From positions 35,020,213-35,084,212 of the forward strand of contig OZ234493.1 in the NCBI GenBank assembly GCA_965153455.1: a DNA stretch of 64,000 nucleotides. Direction: 5' to 3'. Positions 1 to 12,385 of this stretch are shown piece by piece. Under the pieces are notes generated by a model. That model was given only the letters and a program-made list of their open reading frames with translations. It made no database searches and was not told the origin of the DNA. Every line of letters starts with the position of its first letter. The stretch's first letter is position 1. This DNA is from Sphagnum compactum. Lineage: Eukaryota. Made by a program: the position numbers and the translations under genes.

Positions 1-289
1 TGTTCTGGTGGCTGTTGGTTCACTCTGGCCTTCCATGGCACTACTGGCCTTCCATGCTGACACCATTTCCTTCTCATCACTGTCATGTTGGAAAATGGTG
101 AGAGGGGGGAGGGGGAGTAGTGAGCAGTTGCCTGGGAGAGTTAAAATGTTTTTGAGAAAACAAACAACTCCTCCATGTCTTCTTTACATATTGTGATGGA
201 GCAAAAGTTGCAATCTGGATAACATTACTAGAATTGGTACAATACACCCATGTAGCTAATTATTATCAAGAGGAATTACTCCACATTTC

Positions 290-655
290 ATGGCTATGAA
301 ATTGTTGCAAAACCTCTTGTTGCTAATCAATAGATCTTTCCAGATCCATAGCTATGAAGCTTGTTGCAAGTCATCTCTTGTTGTAAACAAGCGAACCTCT
401 CATGATCCATACATATGAAACTTGTTGCAAACAAGAGAATCTCTCAAGATCCATAGGTATGAAACTCATTGCAAAACTCTCGTTGCAAATGAGAGAATCT
501 CTCAGGATCCATAGGTGTGAAACTCATTGCAAAACTCTCGTTGCAAATGAGAGAATCTCTCAGGATCCATAGGTGTGAAACTCATTGCAAAACTCTTGTT
601 GCAAATGAGAGAATCGTTTGGGATCCATAGGTATGGAACTCATTGCAAATTTGTT
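290..655. repeat. 58-bp tandem repeat array (about 6 copies, outer ones degenerate) upstream of the DnaJ gene
   Basis: Unit atccataggtgtgaaactcattgcaaaactctcgttgcaaatgagagaatctctcagg; anchor atccata at 449, 507, 565, 623 (exact 58-bp period), with decayed copies near 344 and 405. Confidence 0.9.
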
Positions 656-1042
656 GTTATAAATGAAATTAGTCAATCAACCCTACAACATCCAAAGAAT
701 AACCTTGGCACATTTTGGGAACACGATTCTTGCCATTGGAAAGCTCTTTTGACAATCTTCAACGAGGATGGCTCTTCTTAGTCATGGTGGTGGTTTGTGT
801 GTAAACTCGTGTTTTCCATCTTGGAAATCTGCATTGAACAAACAAGAACAATCATGGCAAATGAATTAACAATTTCAACTAAAACCCGATGCTTATCTAT
901 GTGCAGACAAAAAGGGCAGGAGGAATTGAATGTTGGTTGCATTCAGTTGGAATACACTAACAGGAATTTGAGACAAATTATGCACCATTGAGTTGGAATC
1001 CACGCACGACAAGAATGTGAGTTTGTTCATCGATAAGCAGCC

Positions 1043-2341
1043 ATGAAGGGTGGACCATGTAGTGAACCTCAGCAGAAGAACTATTATGAAGTGCTGAGAG
1101 TAGGGAAAAATGCAACAGATGAGGATCTTAGAAAAGCATTCAGAAGGTTGGCTATGAAATGGCACCCTGATAAGAACCCCACAGATGAAGCTAAGGCGCG
1201 AGTCAAATTTAATCGGATTTGTGAGTCCTTTGCAGTAAGCAAATTTGACCTTCATATGATTATTATTCCTTCTCCCTCTTGTGCAAACAATACAATACTG
1301 CTGGATCAACTAGATGACATTGATGATAATTTTGGTGCGTGCTTAGGTGTTAATGGATCCACATACTCGAGCCATAGTTGACATCTATGGAGAGGAGGGA
1401 TTGAAGAAAAAGATACCAAATGTGGCTTCTGGAACTCAGGGTTTCTCCAATGGTGGAGCCACAAATATGTACAGATACCAACCTCGAGATGCTGAAGAGG
1501 TGTTCAATGAGTTCTTTGGTGGTGTAAATCCATTTGCTGGATTGGGCGGTGACCCAAACATCTGGAAGCATCACTGCCTCACTGAGGAAGAAATTGCAAT
1601 GCCTGTCATAATGGCTTCTGATGCCTCACCACAAAAGAAAAAAGGGCCACGTAAGTCAGGTGATCTAGAAAACAAGCTGCTTTGCACCCTTGAGGAGCTT
1701 TTCAGTGGGTGCGTTAGGAAGGTCAAAATCTCCCGAAGTGTTATGGATCCTGACAGGTGATAAACTCTTGTTGCTTTCCCACCAAAATAAATCTCTTCCC
1801 CTATTTGTCCATCTCTTCTTTTTTAACAACCAGAGAGGGAGAGTTTGTTGTATAGTTTTGCACACACATGTTGAGGGGATGAAAATTTTTCTTGGTTTGC
1901 AGAAAGACACTGGTACCAAGACAAGAAATACTTACAATCCAAGTGCAGCCTGGATGGTCAAAAGGCACGAAAGTTACCTTTCCTGAAATGGGGAATCCAC
2001 AAGGAAAGTTGATGCCAGCTGATTTAGTGTTCATTATTGATGAGCGTCCACATGATAACTTCAAGCGGGAAGGAGACAATTTGGTAACAGTGCAAAAGAT
2101 TTCATTGACCGATGCCCTGATTGGCCATACAGTGACATTGAAAACCTGTGATGGTAGGATACTCAACATTCCATGCTCAGATATAATACATCCTGGCTAT
2201 GAGAAAGTGATTCAAAATGAGGGTATGCCGATTCTCAAAGAACCTGGAAAGAAGGGCAACCTTCACATAAAGTTTGATCTCAAGTTTCCAAAGCACTTGA
2301 CGCCTGATCAAAAGACTAGCATTAAGAAGATTCTTGGGTGA
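1043..2341 (+). CDS. Class B (type II) DnaJ/Hsp40 co-chaperone, 3 exons, ~346 aa
   Basis: Exons 1043-1234, 1347-1756, 1903-2341 with phase-consistent GT-AG introns. J domain with HPD (KWHPDKN), G/F region (EFFGGVNPF), C-terminal substrate-binding domain (LEELFSG..., PGWSKGTKVTFPE, EGMPI..KGNLHIKF). No CxxCxGxG zinc finger. Confidence 0.95.
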
Positions 2342-3599
2342 AAGCCTTCACTTGGAGATCCTACACAGAGAGTTTATTTATCCCCTCACAGAGAATCCAT
2401 GGACATATAAAATTGGTCACATGACTTTTAGATATATTTTCCCAACAGACTATCTGGTTGAATGCAAGGAGAGAGTCAGGATAAGCTAAGGAGCCTCACC
2501 CATTCTGAGATGGCTGCTGAAGGGTTGGACAATCTTCTGAAGCCGATTTGCATCCCATCTTGAGGACTTATGTCCGACCAGTATACTGAGAAAAAAATCA
2601 ACAAGGTCATATTATCATTGCTTCACACCAAGTTTGCACATCTCTGACAGCATTGCTTTGCATGTGCATGTTTGCTGAATGCACATGTTCATGTGTGTAA
2701 TTTCAAGCTGATCAAGACAAGGAAATAAACATACTTTTAAAAAGATAACAGGATCCTTGTTAACTCACCAGCTTATGGTTCTCACCACTTACATCTTCTT
2801 TGGGTACATCCTCCCTTTGATACACCATGTAAAAGAATGTACCACTGTTGATAGACCCTGTCATGAATTCACACAATGAATGCTAAGCCTACCATCTGAC
2901 TGCATGGTAATGTCCTAGTTCTTGCCTGCTTGATGCAAAGCTTGTTTACTAATTTGATGTCTGTTTTTCATGCAAAGCTTTCCCTGGGTATCCTGCTCTA
3001 CTCTAAGCATAGACTGGAATAAACTAAATTAGGAAGCTATGCTATGCAACAGAAAGAAATTATCTCTTGACTACAGCTATGGGGGAAGAATTTATGATCT
3101 CAGCAAAGATAAACACACAGCCCAAATCAACACTGCATTCCTGGAGACTATAAGATGCACAACTTGACCGAAAGTTTTTGCCAAGAGCTCAAATACAGTC
3201 CTAAATGTAACTTCCAGTTCCTAGGTGTGTAAGGTTTTAGCAGCATGAGTGGCAAAGTGCATGGAGATTTCTGAGAGAGAGAATCTATGAGCAACAACCC
3301 ACTCCAGAGCCCTCTAGAAAAGGCTCTGAGAGTATACAGCTTTCTTCTTTGTATCACATAGTTTCTGAACTCAATCTCATAGTCCCTCACAATAAGCTTT
3401 CCTCTCAGGTTCTTCCTGAGCCCTAACTCTACCTCTCTTTATATCCCCACTCTCCGTTCCCACCCATTTTCTCCGAGTCTCTCTCCATGTCTGCTGCTCT
3501 ACAACCCTGACCTTCAGCCAATAATATTTTACAACATAATCAACATGACCAACATAAGTGCATGTGGAAATCATCTAAAATGCATGTGTTCTAATTCTA

Positions 3600-6500
3600 G
3601 CAAATGCTATTTCTTCATGAGATTCTTGAACTTTCAGGTAGTTGGTGTCAAGCCAACTACAATAGAATGAGCCAAACAATTACCCAGGCTGGGCTGATAG
3701 CTCTCTCTCAATGCACAAGCCATTGGCACTTCAAATCTCCTTGCCATTCCAATTATTTTCTTCAATGCTTGTCCATTCTGTGTTCCTCATTGTCTCTCGC
3801 TCCCTCTCCCAAGCAAGAAATGGGTGGCTCCTTCATGGCTGTATGAACTTTCACCAGAAACCTCAGCTTGGAAACCACTGTTCTCAAATCCATGCCTCCC
3901 AGTCCCCTGAATCTGGATGGTTGAGTTCTAGTACTGGCTCTTTCAAAGGCCTGCTGGAGCTTTCCTGGTTGATTTGAGCCTGATTGTAGCTGAATTCTGA
4001 GATGGTTTGCCATATGAGCTACTTTTCATTTGTTTTCTCATTGTGTGTTGTGGCAGGCTCTTGTGTTGTGTTAAGTAGAAAGGATCAATTTTACAGCTCT
4101 CCCAGGTACAATTTCCTTTTTTTGGACAATTTGTTTTGGGACATTTTCAAAATTGTTTGTATTGTTTGTTCGAAATTCCAACTGATTTGTATTAGAGCTG
4201 TCTGGTTACCGACACATGTCCAGTTGGTGTACAAAAGTTAATAGGTAATCAGTAGCTGATCAGGGATTGATAACCAATAATGGATTGGGAGCCTCCGTTT
4301 TGCTAGTGGGAGTAAGCGGGAGTTTTCGTCGAGGTTGTCAAGCATGGTTGCAATAGTCCCTCGACGCAAGGGGAACTTGTGGGAATAGTTGAAGCTTGCT
4401 TGTGAATATGAATGACTATTGCACATGACAATAGCACTTGGTGTAATATCACCATAACTTCAAACCACAAGGCTCTTGGCGCAATGTGCATTTTCAATCA
4501 AGCATAAGAGCAATATTTTGATATGAGATTCGTGTCAATTTGAATCTGAATTTGCATTTGTCACTCCATTAGCAATGTTCTACAAGTTGTTGTTCATGAA
4601 CATGTGTTGTGTTTTTATGCCTTGTAAGAATATAATTGTGGCTTTTGTGGATTTTGAAGGTGGAGGTCATAGGACGTCACGAGAGGTTCAAGATTCTTTG
4701 CATTTGTCATTGTATGCATCATGTTTCATTCACAGGGCGTGCAAAGTGGTGGAGAAATCATAGGTATTAGGCATTGTCACCTAATATTTGAGGAGTCACC
4801 AATTGTGCAACATGATTGTTCAGGCTCAACCAGGAAAGCTCCAGCAGGCCTTTGAAAGAGCCACAATTCAGATTCTTAGCAGGCCTGTATCTGATGGCAA
4901 GGCCTGCTAAGAATCTGAATACTGGCTCTTTCAAAGGCCTGCTGGAGCTTTCCTGGTTGATTTGAGCCTGATTGTATCTGATGGCAAGGCCTGCTAAGAA
5001 TCTGAATGCTTGCACAGTACTGGTGGTCATAGCAACAAAGAGCATGCTCAGTCTTTGTGCAATTGTCATGTTTCTTGCAGGTCCAGACGCACTGATTGGG
5101 GCTTAACACCATTTGCAAAGCAGCTGGAGTAGCACATCTGCATACCCTGACTTGGACCCAGGTTATTATCTCTTGCAGTTAAATCCACAGACAGCAATTC
5201 ACATGCCACAAGAATATATGTGAATGTGAGTGCACAGAGAAACCTTTTATCTACAATTGCCAAAGTACATTTCCAGTCCAGTTCCAGAAGGAAAAAAAAA
5301 AAAAAGAACCAAATATCAAACCATGAAGCTTCAACAGAGGAATAATACATGAATAAGAGACAAAGTGCCTGCTTGCCTTTCCATTCCCTTGGCAAATCTT
5401 CTGTCAGCTTAGCTGCTACTAAAGTCATCACTACCAAGCCTCTCAGTAGGTGTGCCTCTCTCAAACCTCCTCTGGCACAAAATCCAAGTCCAGAGGAGAC
5501 TGGAAACTTGACACATCCCTAGTGCAACATGCATCATCAGCAATCCCTCTCTGGATGTCAACTCAGACCACTGTTGAGGGACCTCATGATTCACATGACG
5601 TGGGACCACCTTCTCGCTCCTTCACTGCATCAACCCATAGTTCATGCTTGAATGACTCCTTACAGACAACATCAGCCCATCCCTCCCCTGTTCTGTCCCC
5701 AGCCCTCCAGCTTCTGCAGTGGCCAGAAGGCCCATCGGAGATGTATCCCTCAGCTCTCAAATTTGCATCTTTTCCTCCTTCATTGAATTTGCTGGTGATG
5801 CATTTCATCCAGGATTTCAATAATCGTAAAGCAGATGTCACACTTTGTGCATTGCCTTTTTTCAGCTGCCAATCCCCCCTTCTATGCTTACCACTCCTTT
5901 CTATCCTCTTATTGTTCAAGCTGTCTAAAGAATCAAAGGTTCAGAAATGTCCAATTTCCCTCAAGTTCTGCTGCACTTCAACCCCCCTTCAGCTTCCACT
6001 GCAGCAACTTACAGCGAACCTTTTTTATCAAACAATATTGAGGGCAAGGAACAGAAAGCTCAAGACAAAAGAACAATCCATGGATTTTCTCGTCTAAAGA
6101 TAGTTTCAAAAATACAGTCCACCATATGAAAAAGTCTGCAAACAAGTTATGTACTACTAAGCTGCAACCATACATCTGCAAATTCTTGCTCTGATGAACA
6201 TAACATTGACCTCCCTGGGCCTGCTTCCATGGACAATCATCTCCTGATTCACCAGATTCATTGAATGACTTGGAAGGATCCTTACGATTTTTTGAAAGCG
6301 ATTCACATGGCAAGACATGGTTGCAGCAGCACAAAGGTTGGCAAGACTCTCATAGGAAGAGGATGATGCACGTACCTCTGGCACCTTTGGTGATGGAGTG
6401 ACTTCAGAGTTTGCCTACTAAGTAGACACTGATCTGGTACAAACTGATGCCACAGATAGAGCAAACAAGCTGGTGAGGGTAAGTATTTTCAATTATCCCT

Positions 6501-7240
6501 GTATAAGTAAGCATCTAAGCCAAAGGCATAGAGAGGACTGGAGAGGCAGCTAGTGGCTGAATGTGAAAAAAACATCAGCTTGAGACCAAGAGCATGAAGA
6601 TGGATCTCAGTGACTGTGAAGTTGCAAAAATTGCTGGTCAAGTGTCCAACTGCAAGCCACAAAATTTCAAGATTTGCACTGTGGAGTGCTCACAGATTTC
6701 AGAAGCAATTGAGACATGGAAGGAGGATCATTGCAGATTGCAATGATCAGAAGGAAAGGGAATCTTGAACCTTCAAGTACTAACAGAGCACCAATCTCCA
6801 AAGTTGCTGTTCTTTCTCTTCATATGTACATTCTGGAGATTCCTCTCCACTTTACATCTGTAAGGCAATGGAGAGGCATACGACATGTGCCATGCTCCTT
6901 GAATGCTTCCTCAGAGACCACCATACACTGCAGCATACCATGACTTAAGAACTGTGCACATCTGTGAACATGAGCTGAGAATTAACCAGCATTTTGCAGC
7001 CCGTTGAATTGATTTTCCATCTCATCTCCAAATCAGGTTCTGTGTCCCTCTGCTCCAATTGTGTATACACCAGCAGAGAAACAAAGACTACATGACAGCA
7101 CTACCTTCTTCCCCTCAGAGTTGGCTCCAGATCAGAAGCTCAGATTCAAGAAAATGACGCTTTTCAAAGACCATTTTTTCTCGACAAAACATGGCTTTTG
7201 CTTCATCCCAGATTCAGCATCCCAATTCATCATCATCTTA
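3600..7240 (+). pseudogene. Probable decayed intron-containing gene of unidentified family
   Basis: Coding-like composition. An exon-like block ~4057-4105 ending CCCAG|gtacaa joins in phase to ttgcag|GTCC at ~5081, giving ...SPRSRRTDWGLTPFAKQLE*HICIP*LGPRLLSLAV... with scattered in-frame stops. No recognisable domain; boundaries approximate. Confidence 0.4.
4820..5007. repeat. Near-perfect inverted repeat (hairpin) with an adjacent direct duplication
   Basis: Left arm 4820-4886, loop 4887-4899, right arm 4900-4971. Segment 4886-4920 is repeated at ~4974-5007; segment 4920-4976 also occurs at 3932-3988. Confidence 0.93.
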
Positions 7241-9059
7241 AGGGCTATCTAGGGGCTATTAAAAAAGTTACTTATGACATACTTAAGGAGTTATAAAGAG
7301 ATTTTCTAAGTTAAGGGCTACTTATGAGATTACATAAGGGACCATTTAAGAGGTTACATATGACTTTATAAATTATTTTTTATAGCACCTTTAGTAATTC
7401 TTAGGTATCCCCTAACCTAGGTTAGAACCTTAGATGTTTCCTCAGGTAGTCATCACTTATTCCTTCCCTACGTAAGCATTACGGAGCCTCTAAATAAATT
7501 TTAGGTATCCCATAACTTAGATAAATTTTTAGGTGTCTCTCTAAAAAAAAACTCCTCTAAACAAGTTTTATATATAGCCCTCTATGTAAGTCTATGTAAC
7601 CCTTGTATGAAATAATCCTTTTATATTCTATAACCTAAGTGAAACATTAAAAAAAAAACAAAAAAGAAAACTCAAATCATCTTGAGTTGAGAGAAAATTT
7701 GAAATTTTTCCTCTGTTATTTATCTTTTGGGCGAAAAAAATTCAAGACCTTTGAGAATTTATTAAGGTGTGTACTTAACAAGTAAAAAATAGACCTTAAA
7801 TAATTTCTTAATGGTTTTGTCAGAATATTAGGAAAACATGATATTAAATATTCAACATCAATGTGTAGAACCTACTAAGCTATTAAGGCAATTAGCCTTC
7901 CAAGTTCTTTTTCTTTCCCCCCCCCCCCCCATTAGGCACCTTTGATTGATCAATCCCAAAGAATTTCTGAAATTTTGTAGTGATGTCACACTATATATTC
8001 ACTTAAATCACAAGAACACATAAGTCCTAATATTTGTTGATATACATACTTTGCAAGAGGAAAATGTGGACAAAGCCATATGGGACAAAGTGAGGTGCTA
8101 TTGGGACATGTTGGGCAACACATTGGGAACTCTTGACAAACATGTTGAAAAGCCCCATTAAGAACATCCCCACATGCATCTACCAACCTAGTAAAGCCAC
8201 CAAGTGTTGCACCTACTTACAAAAGTTACCACTTACATTCCTCACCTATGATACCACCACCATATAAAAATAAAATAAAAATCATTTAAATTAAAATATT
8301 AGGTACCTATTTATAATTAGGTAAGGCATGCATGTGAAGTTCATGGGTAGTTGTGTATTTGATGAGTATGGATGAAATGGGGACCCTTTTTGCATGAGAG
8401 AACATTTTCTAGTAGGTAAGATATGCATGGGGAACCTATGGGTAGTTGTGTATTTGATGAGTACACATGAAAAATGGGGCACTACAACAAAAGGTGTCCC
8501 TGTACGCCAAGTGATTTCACTAGATTTTGAATGAATTCATTGATTGTGATGAACGAGGACCAGTGAAGAAGCAGTGAATCCACTAAATTAGTGAACAGGG
8601 ACTAGTGAATTACACCCACATTTTGTAGTAGTGTGGGGACGAGGAGATGGGTATCTACCTATAAAGTCCATGGAGCAAGGAGTTCCCAAAATAAGCACAA
8701 AATTTATGCTCCTATGTAGGTAAGAAGGTAAGGCAATGGTGACTACTCCTTCTTCATCCAAAGGAGACATTCCGCTGGATAAGGTGCACTCCACATACAC
8801 TAGAAAATTTTCTGCCAGTGCTTTTACGAGTAGAATTAGGTAATGTATTCATGGAAAGTGGCTGGTAGTTGTGTATTTGATGAGTGTGGATGCAATGCAA
8901 TGGGGGCGGTCCGTGCCTTTGGTACTAGAGATTCCGGAAAAGAAGGTGGTGCTCCCTCACTTGTTTGGTAGGTGAGAGGGCTCACTGCTGGTAGAATCAG
9001 CCATCCATGATGCACCCATTATTCCTCGGCATCAAAAACTAGGGGTCTCGAAGTAGAAT

Positions 9060-9120
9060 CCAAGTATTGATTCTGCCAATCAAGTGTTGATTCTGCCAAT
9101 AAAGTGTTTAATTCTGCCTC
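9060..9120. repeat. 20-bp tandem repeat x3
   Basis: caagtattgattctgccaat / caagtgttgattctgccaat / aaagtgtttaattctgcc. Confidence 0.8.
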
Positions 9121-10663
9121 TCAATGGAGGGCAAGATGAGTTATGCGGAATTCGCATATCGGCCCTTTGTAAATTTGAAACTTGAATATTTGCTGGCATT
9201 TGGAAATGAAACATAGCTCCCTTACTTTAATACTTCAATTTGGCGCTTGACTGTTTTAACTCAGTCACAAGGGCCAAATTTTCAATAGCCATAATTTGAC
9301 CAAATTAATGCTTTATCCGCTTCTGGGTAGGCGTTTGATTTGTTAGTAACGGCTACTTTTGGTTTTTAAAAAATATTTCAGATAATTTAGAGAACCATCC
9401 ACACCACACCGTGTTATGAACTGGTAAAGAACGGGTAAAACGGTTTTCATGAAAGACCGGTCAAGACCCGGCAGTTCTATGGCCGGTCATTTGATTTCTT
9501 CAAAATTTTGAGAATTGCGGTTATATTTTGACTCAGATTTTGTTTTTGTAGCATTATCCATATACTACAATAATTAAAAACATAATGAACAATAAACTTG
9601 AACAATAATTAAATACATAATGAAAACTTGAACCCCTCCTCTTGATGCAATTGACACACTAACAATCGTTGAAAACGAATTAGAAATGAGAAAGTTACAG
9701 CTCCCCAAAGTAAAGGGACTCAAGAACTCAAAAAAATGAACCACTGAACATTACAAAGGTCGATTCTCAAACATTCAAAAAAATTCTTGTATGTACGTTA
9801 CTATGTTGCTATTAGAGTTCAAAGATGATTTATATTAATTTCAGGTGATGCTCCTATAACATTTTATATTGTTTAAAATGAATAAAAAATAAAAGTTATA
9901 AGGTTTGAAAATAAGAGGGGTCGAAAGAAAAAAATAAAAAGAAAAAAAAAGTTTTGTAAGTTGGAAAGCTTATTTTTCTTTTTGTTATTTTTTCATGAAT
10001 CCTTTTCATTCGCACTTCAAAGATGAATGATTTCTAAAGCTTGAGGTAACGCTCCCATAACATTTTAAATCACTCCGAATGAAGCACATATGATGAAGAT
10101 ATAATAAATGTTTGGTCATAGGCAGGCGATCGATGATTAGCCAGTTTACCTTACATGACAAATTTTTAAGCATCATCATTTGTGAATCTTCAAAGTTAAG
10201 TAGTACTTTGTGCATGTGGCAACCACATGAAGGACTTCACAGTTGTCAAGCCTTTCTTTCAACAAACCAAAACAGTTGTTGCCCAACTATGCAGGTGACC
10301 AGAGCAAAGAACCACATCTGCATGGGGTGCCTTACTCTTTCATATCGAATTCAATAAAAGGAAAGTAGGTGTTGAAACTGCCAAGGTAGTAGTAGTAGTA
10401 GTAGTAGTAGGGTATGTAGTAGCTAGCTTGCTAGCTACCTTCATCACAAGTGTTTTGTTAGTCGAGTTTGGTAGGAAAAGATGTCATGAGACTTATCTGC
10501 TACAGTAGTAAACTAATAGGCCAAACTGATTGATTGCACAAACTGATTGCAAAAGGGAGGGAAATAAAAACAAAAATAAAACCAAAGAAAGTTGTGGCAC
10601 TAAAAACTGATTGCAAAAGTGAGAGAAAACAAAAAAAACAGAACAAAACAAAGTTGTGGACTT

Positions 10664-10733
10664 CCCTCCCCCACCCCCCCCCCCCCCCCCCCCCCTCTCT
10701 CTCTCACCCACCCACCCACCCACCCACCCACCC
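10664..10733. repeat. Poly-C plus (CT)n plus (CCCA)n microsatellite tract
   Basis: Read directly from the sequence; lies at the distal edge of the ~140-bp array. Confidence 0.9.
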
Positions 10734-10749
10734 AAAATCAAATTTCTCA

Positions 10750-12245
10750 AGATTTATGAGCTTGAAGAGCTTCAATCCTTCCTCATTCCAATGGAAACAA
10801 AATTGTCCCTTTTGTTGTTGTTGTTGTTGTTGTGTTGATTGAAGCAATTTCCAACATGAGCTTTTCTTGAGGGAATTGTTCAAACAAAGAATAGTATGAG
10901 CTTGAAGAGCTTCAATCCTTCCTCATTCCACTGGAAACAAAATTGTCCCTTTTCTTGTTGTTGTTGTTGTGTTGGTTGAAGTTGTAGCAATTTTCAACAT
11001 GAGCTTTTCTTGAGAGAATTGTTCAAACAAAGAATAGTATGAGCTTGAAGAGCTTCAATCCTTCCTCATTCCACTGGAAACAAAATTGTCCCTTTTCTTG
11101 TTGTTGTTGTTGAAGTTGTAGCAATTTTCAACATGAGCTTTTCTTGAGAGAATTGTTCAAACAAAGATTAGTATGAGCTTGAAGAGCTTCAATCCTTCCT
11201 CATTCCACTGGAAACAAAATTGTCCCTTTTGTTGTTGTTGTTGTGTTGATTGAAGTTGTAGCAATTTTCAACATGAGCTTTTCTTGAGAGAATTGTTCAA
11301 ACAAAGATTAGTATGAGCTTGAAGAGCTTCAATCCTTCCTCATTCCACTGGAAACAATATTGTCCCTTTTGTTGTTGTCGTGGTAGTATTATTGATTGAA
11401 GTTGTAGTAGCAATTTTTCTTGAGAGAATTGAACAAGATTAGTATGAGCTTGAAGAGAGAGAGAGAGCTTCAATCCGTCCTCATTCCAATGGAAACAATA
11501 TTGTCCCTTCAGTCGTCATTGCTGTTGTTGCAGTATTCATTGAAGTTGCGACAATTTTCAACATGAGATTTTCTCGAGAGATTGAGAAAGATTTGAATGA
11601 GCTTGAAGAGCTTCAATCCATCCTCGTTCCAATGGAAACAATGTTGTCTCTTTTGTTGTAGTATTGAGTGAAGTTGGAGGAATGTTCAGCATGAGATTTT
11701 TTGATAGAATTGAGCAAGATTATAAGCTTGAAGAGAGAGCTTCAATCCATCCCTGTTCGAAAGGAAACAATATTGTCCCTTTTGTTGTTGTTGTTGTTGT
11801 TGTATTGATTAAGTCATAGCTACTTTCAGCATGAGATTTTCTTGAGAGAATTGAGCAAGATTATGAGCTTGAAGAGTTTCATTCTCTCCTCATTTGTAGC
11901 AATTTTCAGCATGAGATTTTGTTGAGAGAATTGAACAAGATTATGAGCTTGAAGAGCTTCAATCTCTCCTCCTTCTGTCCTCTTTCCAATGGAAGTAATA
12001 TTCTCCCTTTTCTTTTTGTTTTCGTTGTAGTATTGGTTGAAGGGATAGCAATTTTCAACATGAGATTTCTGGAGAGGATTGAAGTTGATCACTCACTTAC
12101 GATCATTGACAGCTTGAGATCATGAGCTTGCTGCAATCACGAGCTTCAAGAGCTTCAATCCGACGTCATTCCAACGCGAACAATGTCCCTTTTTTTGTTG
12201 CAGTGATTGAAAGTTGTTACAGCGATTTTCGACATAAAATTGGAA
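10750..12245. repeat. ~140-bp tandem array (~11 copies) directly upstream of AUG6
   Basis: Anchor atgagcttgaagagcttcaatcc recurs at about 10756, 10896, 11039, 11174, 11313, 11444, 11597, 11723, 11863, 11944, 12122. Most units carry a variable (TTG)n tract. Confidence 0.95.
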
Positions 12246-12385
12246 GAGGAAGCTACTGTAGCAGCAGCAGCAGAAGCGGGTGCAGGAGCTCAGGAGCTCA
12301 GAGAGTTGCATTGATTGATTGACTCTCTGGAGAAAGATCTGCACGCAGTTACTGTGGGTTTTTTTTTTGTTTATCACAATCAGAC

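Noticed and set aside
290..655. Heat-shock elements in the array upstream of Hsp40
   Set aside because: No proper nGAAnnTTCn arrays seen in the unit.
1043..2341. Calling the DnaJ the radial-spoke protein RSP16/DNAJB13
   Set aside because: Motifs such as ENKLLCTLEEL, PADLVFIIDE and KKGNLHIKF fit ordinary plant class B DnaJs at least as well; a phylogeny is needed.
5450..6097. 215-aa plus-strand ORF as an intact gene
   Set aside because: GTG start, no domain, embedded in a region of broken frames; treated as part of the probable pseudogene.
7240..10100. AT-rich repeat-like blocks as defined transposons
   Set aside because: Probably TE-derived, with a 23-bp motif recurring near 8345, 8440 and 8865, but no convincing TIR, TSD or coding motif could be fixed.
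10750..12245. CRISPR-like appearance of regularly spaced palindromic repeats (also 55350-56165)
   Set aside because: The sequence between palindromes is itself repeated rather than unique spacers; no cas genes; eukaryotic intron-rich context.
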